The notes below the pieces were generated by a model. The model saw nothing but the letters and a program-made list of their open reading frames with translations. It was not told the DNA's origin and ran no database searches. From the UHGV virus genome UHGV-0015805: 64,000 nucleotides of DNA. The stretch is one strand, 5' to 3'. A program made the position numbers and the translations under genes. This document shows, piece by piece, positions 25,898 through 36,316 of the stretch. The stretch is from a virus. Each line of letters begins with the position of its first letter. Position 1 is the first letter of the stretch.

Positions 25898-27646
25898 TTA
25901 GCCGATAATAACAACGCGGTAGGTGTTAGCCGTCAAAGTACCAGTGCCATTAATAGTAATGGTAACATTGCCATTAGAAGCAACAGTAACATCGGTCATG
26001 ACCATAGCGCCACTGGCGACCTCATACACCTGAACGGTAACAGGGGTGGTAACGCCATGAGTGGCCTGAGCGATAGTCCAAGTGAAAGCGCCACCAGATG
26101 CGGTCAGAGCCGTATTCTGAGCGGTGTATTTCTTCAGACCAGCGGGCAGAGCTTGCCAAGTAGGCGCACCAGTGCCAGAAGACACCAGATACTGGCCATT
26201 GGTGCCAGCGGCAGTAGGAGCATAGAAGCTGGGCGTCTTGGTGGCAGTGCCATTCAGAGTGATAGTGTTGGCAGTAGCGCCAGCATCAATACCAGCCAGC
26301 TTGGTGAAATCAGCGCTGGACAGAGCACCGTCCGCAGTACCAGAAGCAGCGCCCATCTTAATGCCATCAGTACCGACGCTCAAGCCATTGCCAGCAACAA
26401 CCTTGGCAGACACTTCATTTGTGTCGCTAATGGTGATACCATTGCCAGCCGTATACGCATCAACAAGGTCAGCAACATTGATATATACAGGCGCAGTCTG
26501 GTTCTGCAACACCAGCTTCAGGTATTTGCCCTCGGGCTGACCAGCGGGATTCTCAACAATCTCGCCGCTTTCAACAAACAGGTCTTTGGGGATGTTGATA
26601 GCCTCGCCAACATTAGTGCCATCCTTGGTCAGGTGGTAAACCGCGGCATAATCAGTACTGGTTGCATCTTTCGTCAGGCTGTATACAGGCACATTGACTG
26701 TGGGAGCAGTAACCTTCAGACCAGCGTCGCTCAGCGTGGCGATGTTGCCCTCTGCGGGGTCAAGCTTAATGCCGACAGTGGGAGCGGTGGTAGTGCCGCC
26801 GACAGTGATGCCGCCATTGGTAGTAGCTGTCACAGATGCGACCTTCTCTTCAGCCAGAGTCTCGGCAGCAGCAGCATCAGCAGACGCCTGAGTAGCAAGA
26901 GCCTTTACGCCATACAGAGACAGCGTATCTTTATCATCCGTAGTCTGCCCCAGTTCCGCAGCGCCAATAGCAGCAGGGGTGATGGCCACAGCCTCAACGG
27001 CGGTCACATGCCCTGCGGCATCGACCGTAACTTTTGCCACATGGCTTGCATCGCCAGTAGCACCAACAGTTACGCCTGACAGAGCGTGCCCAATAGTAAG
27101 CGTTTTGCCTGTACCGTTCACATCAACCCACTTATTGCCCGTAGCCATGGTAATAGTGTCGGTCTTAGCGGTTGCGGCAATGGTTGCATCATCTGCCTGT
27201 CCAGCCACAGCTGTAACTGCTTCGCTCTGCTTTTTAACTGCAACATTGCTAAATGCGTTCTGGTTAACTTCGCCACCGCCAGCAACAGCATTCTTGACTG
27301 CCGTGTCAAGTGCTTTCAGTGCCGCTTCGACGGTCATGTCGGCAGATACATAGCCATCCTCAACGGGCGTATACCCAGCAAGGGTAAGCCCGATAACATT
27401 AGTAGTAGTTACATTGCCCGTTCCATCCAAACCAGTGATAACAGCGCCAGTAGTGCTGCCCTGATTATAAACAACGCCGACAGGTCCCCAAGCAGTGCCG
27501 TTATAGCGATAAATAAATTTATCTGAGCTATTGTAGTAAATCTGACCTTCCTTCGGAGAGGCGGGGGCTGTGCTCAGAGGCTGAATCACGGCGTTCTGGA
27601 GTTCGTTCTGTAAAAGGTTAATTGATGCAAGATATTTAATTGCCAT
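25898..27646 (-). CDS. tail fibre / receptor-binding protein, compositionally atypical (high GC, Ala/Gly/Thr-rich)
   Basis: N-terminal GQIYYNSSDKFIYRYNGTAW motif common in Firmicutes phage fibres. A sampled 60-nt stretch is about 58% GC, against about 37% elsewhere. Confidence 0.55.
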   Translation of the reverse strand: MAIKYLASINLLQNELQNAVIQPLSTAPASPKEGQIYYNSSDKFIYRYNGTAWGPVGVVYNQGSTTGAVITGLDGTGNVTTTNVIGLTLAGYTPVEDGYVSADMTVEAALKALDTAVKNAVAGGGEVNQNAFSNVAVKKQSEAVTAVAGQADDATIAATAKTDTITMATGNKWVDVNGTGKTLTIGHALSGVTVGATGDASHVAKVTVDAAGHVTAVEAVAITPAAIGAAELGQTTDDKDTLSLYGVKALATQASADAAAAETLAEEKVASVTATTNGGITVGGTTTAPTVGIKLDPAEGNIATLSDAGLKVTAPTVNVPVYSLTKDATSTDYAAVYHLTKDGTNVGEAINIPKDLFVESGEIVENPAGQPEGKYLKLVLQNQTAPVYINVADLVDAYTAGNGITISDTNEVSAKVVAGNGLSVGTDGIKMGAASGTADGALSSADFTKLAGIDAGATANTITLNGTATKTPSFYAPTAAGTNGQYLVSSGTGAPTWQALPAGLKKYTAQNTALTASGGAFTWTIAQATHGVTTPVTVQVYEVASGAMVMTDVTVASNGNVTITINGTGTLTANTYRVVIIG

Positions 27647-27666
27647 AAATTATACACCATCCTAAA

Positions 27667-28119
27667 TTAGTTAAGATATGCTTTGCCACTAAATGCGGTC
27701 GAAAAAGCAATTGTAAGATTGTTCAGGTCGATATATTCGACACTACCAACAACAACAGTATCAGCACTGTCTACTGTGGTCACAGACGGATATTTGCCGA
27801 GATTGTGCTGAATTTCCCACACAGACTCAGCGGATGCTTGTGTAAACACAAATGTCTTGTCGCCGTCACCGCTTCCACTCGTGGGCTTTAATGTCCTGTC
27901 AGGTTGAATGATATAGAGGTCGGCAGATGCTTCGCCTACAACTACAATTTTTTGACCGTAGTAATAGACAGTATTAGACGAGCCAGGTGCTTCAGCCGTG
28001 GCTGCCGCAGCAACAGCTTCATCATAACTATTGAAATACGCATTGTATTCAACGGGCAATGCCGCAGTCATAGCTAACGGCACTGAAAAGTTTAGCTTTG
28101 GAAGATTTGCAATTGCCAT
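27667..28119 (-). CDS. hypothetical structural protein
   Basis: ORF. Confidence 0.4.
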   Translation of the reverse strand: MAIANLPKLNFSVPLAMTAALPVEYNAYFNSYDEAVAAAATAEAPGSSNTVYYYGQKIVVVGEASADLYIIQPDRTLKPTSGSGDGDKTFVFTQASAESVWEIQHNLGKYPSVTTVDSADTVVVGSVEYIDLNNLTIAFSTAFSGKAYLN

Positions 28120-28133
28120 ATTGACCTCCTTTC

Positions 28134-30536
28134 TTAAATGGTAACGGTATATTTGTTCACAGTATCGTTGGCTTTTGCAAAGTCAATTCGATATACTTTA
28201 TAGTTAATCGCGGTATAGCTAGCCGCGCCTTCAACATTCACAGTAGACGCAGTAAATGCAGCGGTTATGTCTGCATTAAGCCCGTTTACATCTTTGATGG
28301 ATGTAACATTGCGCAATGTGGCTGGATATGCAATTACAACAGACTCTGCCCCAACAGGCACATTGACGGTAAATGTGTTGCCATTTGCCAATGCTTTGCC
28401 AGATTTCTGAGCCAAGCCGCGAATAGACGCGCTACTAATTGCTGTGGACTTGTCGGCAAATGTCCCATAGAAACTATTGCGATAACCACTAATAATGCCC
28501 GTCTGAGCAGTTTTAGTTGCGCCCTTAATCTGTCCCGCTGTATACGGTTTATTAAGCGCCGTGACAGGAATTTGCCCATCGCTGTATGTACCACTGACGG
28601 TAATTCGATATGCCGAACCATCAGGCACAATATATGCCGCGAATGTGCCCGATTGCGCATCTTTTGTTTCTGCCGTAACATTGTTGCTTACAGACCATGT
28701 GGTAATAGCCGCGCCTGTCGGAGTCGGACCATATTCATATTTGCCCGCATTAAATGTCGCGCTATAAGCAGGCGTGACACTTGTGCCGACCTCATATGCC
28801 TTAGCAGTGGCGCTTGATACAGTTACGGTGGGTTGTGTAATGGTCGGATTCTTATCTTCGCTGTATGCATCGTTCAGTATATCAAGCCAAGACTTATTGT
28901 CCGCTGGAACTGTAACTTTGCCACCAGTGGGTACATACTTGCCAAACTGGTAAGTAAATACAAGGTCGCCACTGAACATAACCTTGTCGGCAGAAATGGT
29001 ATCGATAGAAGAACCCGGCTTAACCCACAAATTGCCGTCAGCATCGACGCCAACGGCAGATGTCATATCATCAGTCTTTGGCTCGGCTTTAACCCCGCCC
29101 AGCGTATCGGCTGTCGCGACAGGCAACTCGTATTGTTCTGGAATTGTCGGCTTGTCCGTTAAATCGTCATAAGAGCCGCTGAAATTGCTTGTGCCAGCGC
29201 CAATGTTTGCTCTTGCTTGCGCCTTTTCTTCGTCAGTAAAAGACTGGCTAAACACGCCCACATATTGCGACAAATCAACGCCGTTAGTGCCAGCGTTAAT
29301 CCACAACTGACTTGCCTCAGAATAGATATACAGGATTTTATCATTATCCATGTCGGTAATGGTTAAAATCAATCCATCCCAATTCTTAGGCTGACGATCA
29401 TAGTTGTCAACAATATATTGTGTAGCTACTGTCTGAACAGTATCTTTCGTGGCGTTGATTACTTCATCTTTGTTGCGAATTTGAACTGCAGTAATATCTG
29501 CAAGCTCGGCTTTTGTAGCATATGTGTTTGCAATATTGTTTCCATCCGCATCACCAGTTGCACGGGCAACTACGGTTGTTCCGTCTGTAAGATTACTCGA
29601 TAGTTGGTCGAGATTTTCTTGCACTTGCGCAATAGCGTTTGCCTGTGCCGTAGACACTGGCTTATCTTCATCGGATGTATTATCAACATTGCCAAGCCCA
29701 ATATCCGCCTTAGATAATTCGATGACGCCCGTTTTGCTATTGACAGACTGTACGGGTGCAGCACTTGCGGCTTGCTCTTTATTCACATATCCCGCATCAT
29801 TAGTCAGTTGACTAACATTTACAGGGATGTCAGACGTTTTTGCATAATCCGCCAATGCATCTTCTGTGATGAACCCGTTGTCATTTTCAAGCTCAGATGT
29901 CTTTGTCGGAATCGTCGGTCGATTGATAAGGCTGTTATAGTTGCCGTCAAAATCGCTCGTTCCTGCTCCAATATTTTCACGCGCCTGTTGTTTCTGCTCG
30001 TCGGTTAAGGACTGCTCGGCATATTTAACAGACTGCGTTTCAACAGCGCCTGTAAGCCCGTCTACGCTTGTCACAGGATACGGTGGAGGATTGTCGGCAC
30101 TATATTGCTTTACATTGTCAAGATTCCCAAGTCCAACAGTGTTTTTATCAATGGATAATTCGGCAATTTTATCAACAATTGGTTGCTCAATGCCGTTAAT
30201 TTTGATTGCCGTAATTGCACCATCGCCACCGCCTTGGACTTCAGCCCAATAGATATTCTTGCCATCATTTGTCAAATACCAACCCTTGGTATCTTCGCTG
30301 ATTTCAGGCAATGTCCCATCAGGCAACGGAACAGTGCTTTCTTCATACTTGCGTGTTGTCGGATTCCATATCATCCAATAGCCGTTTGTCCCAGGCGTAG
30401 GCGGATGATTATTGATGTCTGTAATTGTCCGCTCTATCTGATAGAACTCACTTGGCAGGGCGTTGTTACAATCGCAGTGCTTTTGAGTGGGTTTCTTGCA
30501 ATTCTTTTTGTTGCTTGCTTTGCTGTTGTTTGCCAT
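28134..30536 (-). CDS. tail fibre protein with phage tail-fibre repeats
   Basis: Two copies of KQQARENIGAGTSDF / KAQARANIGAGTSNF (tail-fibre repeat motif); 800 aa. Confidence 0.6.
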   Translation of the reverse strand: MANNSKASNKKNCKKPTQKHCDCNNALPSEFYQIERTITDINNHPPTPGTNGYWMIWNPTTRKYEESTVPLPDGTLPEISEDTKGWYLTNDGKNIYWAEVQGGGDGAITAIKINGIEQPIVDKIAELSIDKNTVGLGNLDNVKQYSADNPPPYPVTSVDGLTGAVETQSVKYAEQSLTDEQKQQARENIGAGTSDFDGNYNSLINRPTIPTKTSELENDNGFITEDALADYAKTSDIPVNVSQLTNDAGYVNKEQAASAAPVQSVNSKTGVIELSKADIGLGNVDNTSDEDKPVSTAQANAIAQVQENLDQLSSNLTDGTTVVARATGDADGNNIANTYATKAELADITAVQIRNKDEVINATKDTVQTVATQYIVDNYDRQPKNWDGLILTITDMDNDKILYIYSEASQLWINAGTNGVDLSQYVGVFSQSFTDEEKAQARANIGAGTSNFSGSYDDLTDKPTIPEQYELPVATADTLGGVKAEPKTDDMTSAVGVDADGNLWVKPGSSIDTISADKVMFSGDLVFTYQFGKYVPTGGKVTVPADNKSWLDILNDAYSEDKNPTITQPTVTVSSATAKAYEVGTSVTPAYSATFNAGKYEYGPTPTGAAITTWSVSNNVTAETKDAQSGTFAAYIVPDGSAYRITVSGTYSDGQIPVTALNKPYTAGQIKGATKTAQTGIISGYRNSFYGTFADKSTAISSASIRGLAQKSGKALANGNTFTVNVPVGAESVVIAYPATLRNVTSIKDVNGLNADITAAFTASTVNVEGAASYTAINYKVYRIDFAKANDTVNKYTVTI

Positions 30537-30919
30537 TAACTCTGAGCCTCCTCTTGGCAGTTACATACGCCAATGAGGCTGTTGTTGACCCACCCATTGA
30601 ATATTTCGCTGTGATAAACTCGACCGTCATTATTGATTCCTCGAAGTTGCATGGCATATCTTCCGCTGTATGGCAACATATCAGATGTAAGCAATGCCGA
30701 ACAAATATTTCCACTGCGCCGCAAATTGATAATATTAAAATGCTCATCTCCACAGCAACACTGCTCATTTGCATAATCAATGTCGAGCTTGTAATTCCAC
30801 GATTCATCAGTGTCTACCGCCACAGTAATCATATCAACGCCATTATTTGCCTCAAATCCAATGTTGCGCGTGTCTTGCGTTACCTTTGTGCCATCAAGCG
30901 TAATATTCACATCAACCAA
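30536..30919 (-). CDS. hypothetical protein
   Basis: ORF. Confidence 0.4.
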   Translation of the reverse strand: MVDVNITLDGTKVTQDTRNIGFEANNGVDMITVAVDTDESWNYKLDIDYANEQCCCGDEHFNIINLRRSGNICSALLTSDMLPYSGRYAMQLRGINNDGRVYHSEIFNGWVNNSLIGVCNCQEEAQS

Positions 30920-30957
30920 CTCCTTTCCTATATATTAAGGCAAAAATATTGCCATTG

Positions 30958-32322
30958 TTATTCATTCAAGACCTTAATATCATATAGCGCGCCGACCTTT
31001 TTAACCCAAATCGAATGAGGCATATCAACAGATGCGCTCTCAATTGTCTCTGACCTAATAACATATGGATATGCCGCTTTTGCAGACCATGCTTTCAGAA
31101 CAGCATAACTATAAGCCTTTTCTGTTTCGGACTGCGTTGTTGTCGCCATTGTTTTCAGAATAGCAAGTAAATCATCGCTCGGATTTTCTTCAAATAAAAT
31201 ATCGCGGCTTGTAACGCTCCATGTACCAGTATCATATGCCAATGTCGAGCCAGCCGATCTAATATATCCAATATATTTATGTCCGTCCGCATCGTGCTGA
31301 ATATTAAGCTTGGTATATTCAACACCGTTTGCTTGAAATTTTATATCCCAATTAAGATTAGTCCCTGGTGCAGGAAATGTTGGTGTTGCATTCCAAGTCC
31401 ACTGCAAAGGCGGATGCTTAACAACTTGCTCTTGCCAATAAACTTCTACCTTGTCGCCATTGATATTGGAACAAGTAACAATCGGTGTTGTATCGCTCGA
31501 AACAAATGAATGCCCCCAAATCTGCAATGTCCAATCTTCGGGTAAAACATATCCTTTATTCCATTTGACCCACTGATTTGGATATAGCATCAATTCGCCA
31601 TCTCCAAATTCAAGCGGAACTTTATTTGTTTCGCCCGGAATGCTCGACAGATTGCTTTGAATGCGGATATAGCCGCCTTTACATACATTTTCCAAAGAGA
31701 AATATTTATATGCAGTCGGCTCAGTAAATTGCACAAAAAATGTCTGACTTCCAGTGCTAATCTGTGTCCCATACTTTGTCACGCCCAAGCATTCAACAGA
31801 ATAAGACTGCCCGCTTCTTAACCCAGTAAATTGATAGGTTATTCTGCTTGTATCAGATGCGGCATATTGCGTCTTACTTGTAGAAATTAACACGCCCGTA
31901 CTGTCATATAAGTTAAACAGATAAGTTGCCAACGGCTCATTTTGGTCTTGTGCATATTCAACGACCAAATTAACTTGGCTTGTTGAAATAGTCGAATCAA
32001 CAGACAAATTAAATGACGGTGTTGAATAACATCTAAGCAAGACCTTGTTCGATTCTGCCGATTCTTCGCCCGCAAGATTATATGTCTTGACAGACGCAAC
32101 ATAAACAGTTCCATTGTTCAATGTTCCTGCGGGAATTGTATGGGAATAATCCTGTGTTGTGACCTTTTGAGCATAGACTTCTGACAAATCCGATTGTTTC
32201 AGAATCGTCAATTTATTAGCCTGTACTTGGTCGCCACCAGCAGGGACAGTAAATTCAATCTCTTGCGCATTGCTTGCATCAAATGCAACAGGGGCAATCA
32301 AATATGGCGTTTGTAATGCCAT
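30958..32322 (-). CDS. baseplate/structural protein
   Basis: 454-aa ORF. Confidence 0.4.
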   Translation of the reverse strand: MALQTPYLIAPVAFDASNAQEIEFTVPAGGDQVQANKLTILKQSDLSEVYAQKVTTQDYSHTIPAGTLNNGTVYVASVKTYNLAGEESAESNKVLLRCYSTPSFNLSVDSTISTSQVNLVVEYAQDQNEPLATYLFNLYDSTGVLISTSKTQYAASDTSRITYQFTGLRSGQSYSVECLGVTKYGTQISTGSQTFFVQFTEPTAYKYFSLENVCKGGYIRIQSNLSSIPGETNKVPLEFGDGELMLYPNQWVKWNKGYVLPEDWTLQIWGHSFVSSDTTPIVTCSNINGDKVEVYWQEQVVKHPPLQWTWNATPTFPAPGTNLNWDIKFQANGVEYTKLNIQHDADGHKYIGYIRSAGSTLAYDTGTWSVTSRDILFEENPSDDLLAILKTMATTTQSETEKAYSYAVLKAWSAKAAYPYVIRSETIESASVDMPHSIWVKKVGALYDIKVLNE

Positions 32323-32849
32323 TAAATCACCCCAATCAAAGCAATTAGGCTACCGCCTGCGCCACTTCCAGTAGAACCCCAAACATTGAGCCCCCCAGTT
32401 TCACCAAGGTCATTAGGTTGATGTCGAACAACATTCACAACGCATTTTACAGATGCCGCGCCCCACTCAGAAGCAAAGCCTTTTGCTGTATTGCCATTAA
32501 AATACATGGGCGCAGTGTTTATGATTGTTCCGTCGGTCGTTTTGACTGTTGCAACAACGCAACTATATTTTAATAAATCGGGCGCCGTAAGAACCACGGC
32601 ACTTCCACCGCCAGCAGCATTATAATATAACCGTTGATTCGGCTTAGCTGGCAACGCCTTGTTTTTGAGTGTACTAATATCCTGCGCATTCTTTGTTATT
32701 TGTTCCGAAACAGCAGGCGGCACGGTTGGATATAAATTGCTATACGCTCCATCTGTTCTCAGCTTAATTTGTACTTCATAATTTGCCATATGTCCGCCCC
32801 CTCTCAAATAATTCCATAGATTGAATATACAATTGCATATGAAACGCAT
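32322..32849 (-). CDS. hypothetical protein
   Basis: ORF. Confidence 0.4.
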   Translation of the reverse strand: MRFICNCIFNLWNYLRGGGHMANYEVQIKLRTDGAYSNLYPTVPPAVSEQITKNAQDISTLKNKALPAKPNQRLYYNAAGGGSAVVLTAPDLLKYSCVVATVKTTDGTIINTAPMYFNGNTAKGFASEWGAASVKCVVNVVRHQPNDLGETGGLNVWGSTGSGAGGSLIALIGVI

Positions 32850-33541
32850 GTGCTTTGGCTAACTCTTGTTGTTCTGAAATCAACGCCGGTAGATGTGCGC
32901 TTAGCATATGCATAATAGCCCTTTTGACCCTCTTGGTTTGCATAGTTATAAATATATGCACAACCACTATTGTTATCTGTGTCTAAGTAAATAACCGCAT
33001 CACCCGCCGATGTTCTTAAAACAATCAGGCTGTAATCGCTAATATTGTCAATTACAGCGCTTCCAACATCTGTGTTAAGCCCATCCTTAAGCAACACATT
33101 TGTCTGAACAGACGGCGTCAAATCAGTCAACTCCGCAATGTCAGCAGTTTGTGCATCAATCTTTGCTTGAACTTTGGGCGAAATCTTACAATAGCACGGA
33201 TTCCATTGTGTGCCATCGTGCTCATACAGCTGCACGGATTGAAAATCGTCATTCTGCCAGTTTGTATAAACAAATTGCAGGCTTCCTTTTGTTCCCGATG
33301 TTGGTACTTGAAACGACGGCTCATCAAGTCTATACTCTGGAAAGTTAATGTCCTCTCGCTCTTCGGCTTCAACTATCTTTGTGGCAAGGTCATTAAATAC
33401 ACTTGCATTAACAACCTTGTCATCTAATGCAGTATCAGACAGCATGGCAATTGCCGTATCATAATCAGCGGCAATCCATTTCGTTTTAAAATCGTCTTGC
33501 GCCTGTTTATTCGTAAAGCTTATATCTTGATATTTTACCAT
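32804..33541 (-). CDS. hypothetical protein
   Basis: ORF. Confidence 0.4.
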   Translation of the reverse strand: MVKYQDISFTNKQAQDDFKTKWIAADYDTAIAMLSDTALDDKVVNASVFNDLATKIVEAEEREDINFPEYRLDEPSFQVPTSGTKGSLQFVYTNWQNDDFQSVQLYEHDGTQWNPCYCKISPKVQAKIDAQTADIAELTDLTPSVQTNVLLKDGLNTDVGSAVIDNISDYSLIVLRTSAGDAVIYLDTDNNSGCAYIYNYANQEGQKGYYAYAKRTSTGVDFRTTRVSQSTCVSYAIVYSIYGII

Positions 33542-33861
33542 CAGACCTCACCTACAATCTGGAACCAATAATCGCCCTCTTCTTGCCCAAGAGGCTCTGT
33601 TTCAGAACAAATAATTGCAGGCGACCATCTGTCTGCGTAGTATTTTTCAAGCGCAGTCAACGCATCAAGCATATCATTTAACAGGCTCGCTGTAATAATC
33701 TTTTTGTCATAGTCCGTAATTTGCAGGAGAATGTTTCTTGCTTCTGCAAAATTGCCCGTCTGCATAAGCGCTTGAAATTGGCTTAGTTTGCTTGCGTCCG
33801 CCGCCGTAATGTCTTGCATTGTCGGGAATGTATCAATGTCGTTAGGAAATTTTGTAGCCAT
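33541..33861 (-). CDS. hypothetical protein
   Basis: ORF. Confidence 0.4.
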   Translation of the reverse strand: MATKFPNDIDTFPTMQDITAADASKLSQFQALMQTGNFAEARNILLQITDYDKKIITASLLNDMLDALTALEKYYADRWSPAIICSETEPLGQEEGDYWFQIVGEV

Positions 33862-33864
33862 ATA

Positions 33865-35328
33865 TTACACCTCCTCATAATACGGATAATATGCAATCAT
33901 TTCAATTTTCATTTCTGAAATCTCGCCATAATCGACCGAAAACGATTTAATCATCCATTGTTTTTCTTCTGTTTCGTCTCTTAATGCGTGAGAAACAAGA
34001 ATATTCACATCAAGCCAAGGAATAGGGACTACAGATAACGCAACCGAATCTTTAAGTCTACATTTCCAGTATAGTTCAAGCTGCGCCCGCTCTTTTGCCA
34101 ATTCGTCCGAAATGATGTTGTCATAATCGCCACCCGACAACACAACTCGAATAATGCCATTATCATATATATTAAACGGACTTTGTCTGTTGGTTTCCCG
34201 CACTACGGCATGAGCCTGAAGCCCGCCTAAATACAGCCAATACCAGTTGCCCGCAAATTTATGAATATGCATCACATGATAGCCCGCTTCAAGTCGCAAA
34301 ATATTCTCGTCCGCGCCATTGACTATATAGAACTCTCTTGGGTCTTTAGAGTTAGTGACGCTAACCCTAATACCACCCCAAACATTGGGCGGCTCAAATG
34401 CGGACTCAAGATTAAATGCAATCAATGTATATTCGGGCAATGTAGAATCAGACAATGATGGTATCGTTAGAACGATAGTCCCCTCTGATTCTGTTGCAGT
34501 TATTTCGGTCGGATAGTTATCGGTCGAATGCGTCTTGCCATACACCTCAATTGTATTCTTGACTTCTTCAAACGAAACATCGTTTGATTCGGAAATCAAT
34601 ATATCATCCCACAAATCATCAGTAACCGCAATTGCTTCGTTTGCTCCACTTGGTATTCTGTTGTAATGGAACGTTCCGTTTACATCAAAATACATTTGAT
34701 AATTAGGAACAATATCCCGCAACTTTGAAAGCATGTCATATACTGTTCCGCCCTGTTCGACCTGTATATCATACGGCACTTCTTGTACGCCACCGAGGTC
34801 ATTTACACATTCATCTACAATATAGCTTGTAAAGCCGCTCATTTCAAGCAATTGTATAATTGCCCCACGAACATCAGAGCCTTGTGGCACAACTGTCGGA
34901 ATACCCTCAAGATTGCCGTTTCTAAGCCCCGTCATTTTTGCCATAAGGTCAACGCCCTTGAACGACAGCTCATTTGTTGATGCATCATACTGCCACGTCG
35001 GCTCATTGATTAAGTATATGCCTTGATTATACCACTGTATTTTGCCCGTGTAGGCGTTTTCATAGCCGACATATGGTTGTATATACCTATTCAGCCAAAT
35101 GCCACCCTCTGGCGAAATATCCACTGTATCGTCTGTTATAACCATAGACACATCACAGTTGCGCCTTAAATCGCTATCGGCATCGACCGAAACCGAACAT
35201 TTGGTCAAATGCCCCGTAATATCTCTGATAACATTGTAGTCAAAATCAAGCAGGTCAATCCTCAGATATTTATTGATATATGGTTGCTTTAAGATATCAT
35301 AATCTTCGCTCTTAATATCAATCGCCAT
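33865..35328 (-). CDS. tail-associated protein (Tal / minor structural protein-like)
   Basis: Size and position downstream of TMP/Dit fit a Tal. Confidence 0.45.
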   Translation of the reverse strand: MAIDIKSEDYDILKQPYINKYLRIDLLDFDYNVIRDITGHLTKCSVSVDADSDLRRNCDVSMVITDDTVDISPEGGIWLNRYIQPYVGYENAYTGKIQWYNQGIYLINEPTWQYDASTNELSFKGVDLMAKMTGLRNGNLEGIPTVVPQGSDVRGAIIQLLEMSGFTSYIVDECVNDLGGVQEVPYDIQVEQGGTVYDMLSKLRDIVPNYQMYFDVNGTFHYNRIPSGANEAIAVTDDLWDDILISESNDVSFEEVKNTIEVYGKTHSTDNYPTEITATESEGTIVLTIPSLSDSTLPEYTLIAFNLESAFEPPNVWGGIRVSVTNSKDPREFYIVNGADENILRLEAGYHVMHIHKFAGNWYWLYLGGLQAHAVVRETNRQSPFNIYDNGIIRVVLSGGDYDNIISDELAKERAQLELYWKCRLKDSVALSVVPIPWLDVNILVSHALRDETEEKQWMIKSFSVDYGEISEMKIEMIAYYPYYEEV

Positions 35329-35331
35329 ATA

Positions 35332-36243
35332 TCAGCCCTCCTTTGGAATCAGCCCCGCATCCTGCAAGTCGTCCTCTGAATTAACGTCCCCAATTTCGGT
35401 CCAGCCCGCATCAACTGTAATTGCCCCTCTTCCATAACTGTTATCATATGAAATTGTCGGCGGAGTTGTAATAATACACAACCACTCTCTGCCATTGTCA
35501 TCTTTCAGCACTTTCGGCTTCTTGTTGGTTAAGAATGCCTGCAATGCTTTTTCAGCCTGCGCCACTTTGCGACCATCCATATATCTGGTTGCTTCAAAAT
35601 CAGCAGGCACAACTCTTGTAGATACCGAGCCCGTCTGATAATTGGTCAATGCATTAGATACAACAACGGGATATCTTCTGCCATAGGGCGTGAATGTGCC
35701 TATCTGCTGATTTGTGTTTGTTTCGCCAAAAGATACGCCGTAATACATGCGAAAAGCGGTCTCAGAATCGCACAAAAACACACCTTTGAAATTGGAAAGA
35801 ATTGTCTCTGTAATTTGCGTTCCTTCTGTACTTCCCGACACAGGAATAAATTGATATTCATACTCAACGCCATTTGCGGTCAATGCGTCAATAAATGCTC
35901 CGCCAAGTGAGGACGGGTCGTTCTTAATATCAATTACTTTGATTGTAATCCAATCATATGTTCCGACAGGAGCACGACGAATAACCATCTTGTCAATATC
36001 AAAAATAATCCTCGTAACACTGCCCGCCGAAATATTATCATCGAAATCGCAGTCCATGATTGTATCAACATCCCATTCAAGCGGAATGTCAAACGACGGC
36101 TCTTTATCCACATTCTTGCTTACATGCAGATGTGAAAATGTGCCTGCTTGAATTTTCGTCTTTGTGATGTTGTTTACATCTGTCGGAATAGGGTCTATAC
36201 TATTCCCATCGGAGCAAAAATTATACCCCAAAAAAGAAATCAT
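35332..36243 (-). CDS. distal tail protein (Dit)-like
   Basis: About 300 aa, positioned between TMP and Tal. Confidence 0.4.
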   Translation of the reverse strand: MISFLGYNFCSDGNSIDPIPTDVNNITKTKIQAGTFSHLHVSKNVDKEPSFDIPLEWDVDTIMDCDFDDNISAGSVTRIIFDIDKMVIRRAPVGTYDWITIKVIDIKNDPSSLGGAFIDALTANGVEYEYQFIPVSGSTEGTQITETILSNFKGVFLCDSETAFRMYYGVSFGETNTNQQIGTFTPYGRRYPVVVSNALTNYQTGSVSTRVVPADFEATRYMDGRKVAQAEKALQAFLTNKKPKVLKDDNGREWLCIITTPPTISYDNSYGRGAITVDAGWTEIGDVNSEDDLQDAGLIPKEG

Positions 36244-36316
36244 TTAATTACTTGCTCCTTTCATAAGCCCGAACAAAGGGCGAGACTATGCCCGCCCTCG
36301 TTGAGCATTGTATATA

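Noticed and set aside
25886-27526. Several long plus-strand ORFs (25886-27079, 26238-26540, 26979-27353, 27086-27526)
   Set aside because: They lie antisense to the high-GC fibre gene. Low-complexity Ala/Ser/Gly translations are typical of spurious ORFs in GC-rich antisense frames.
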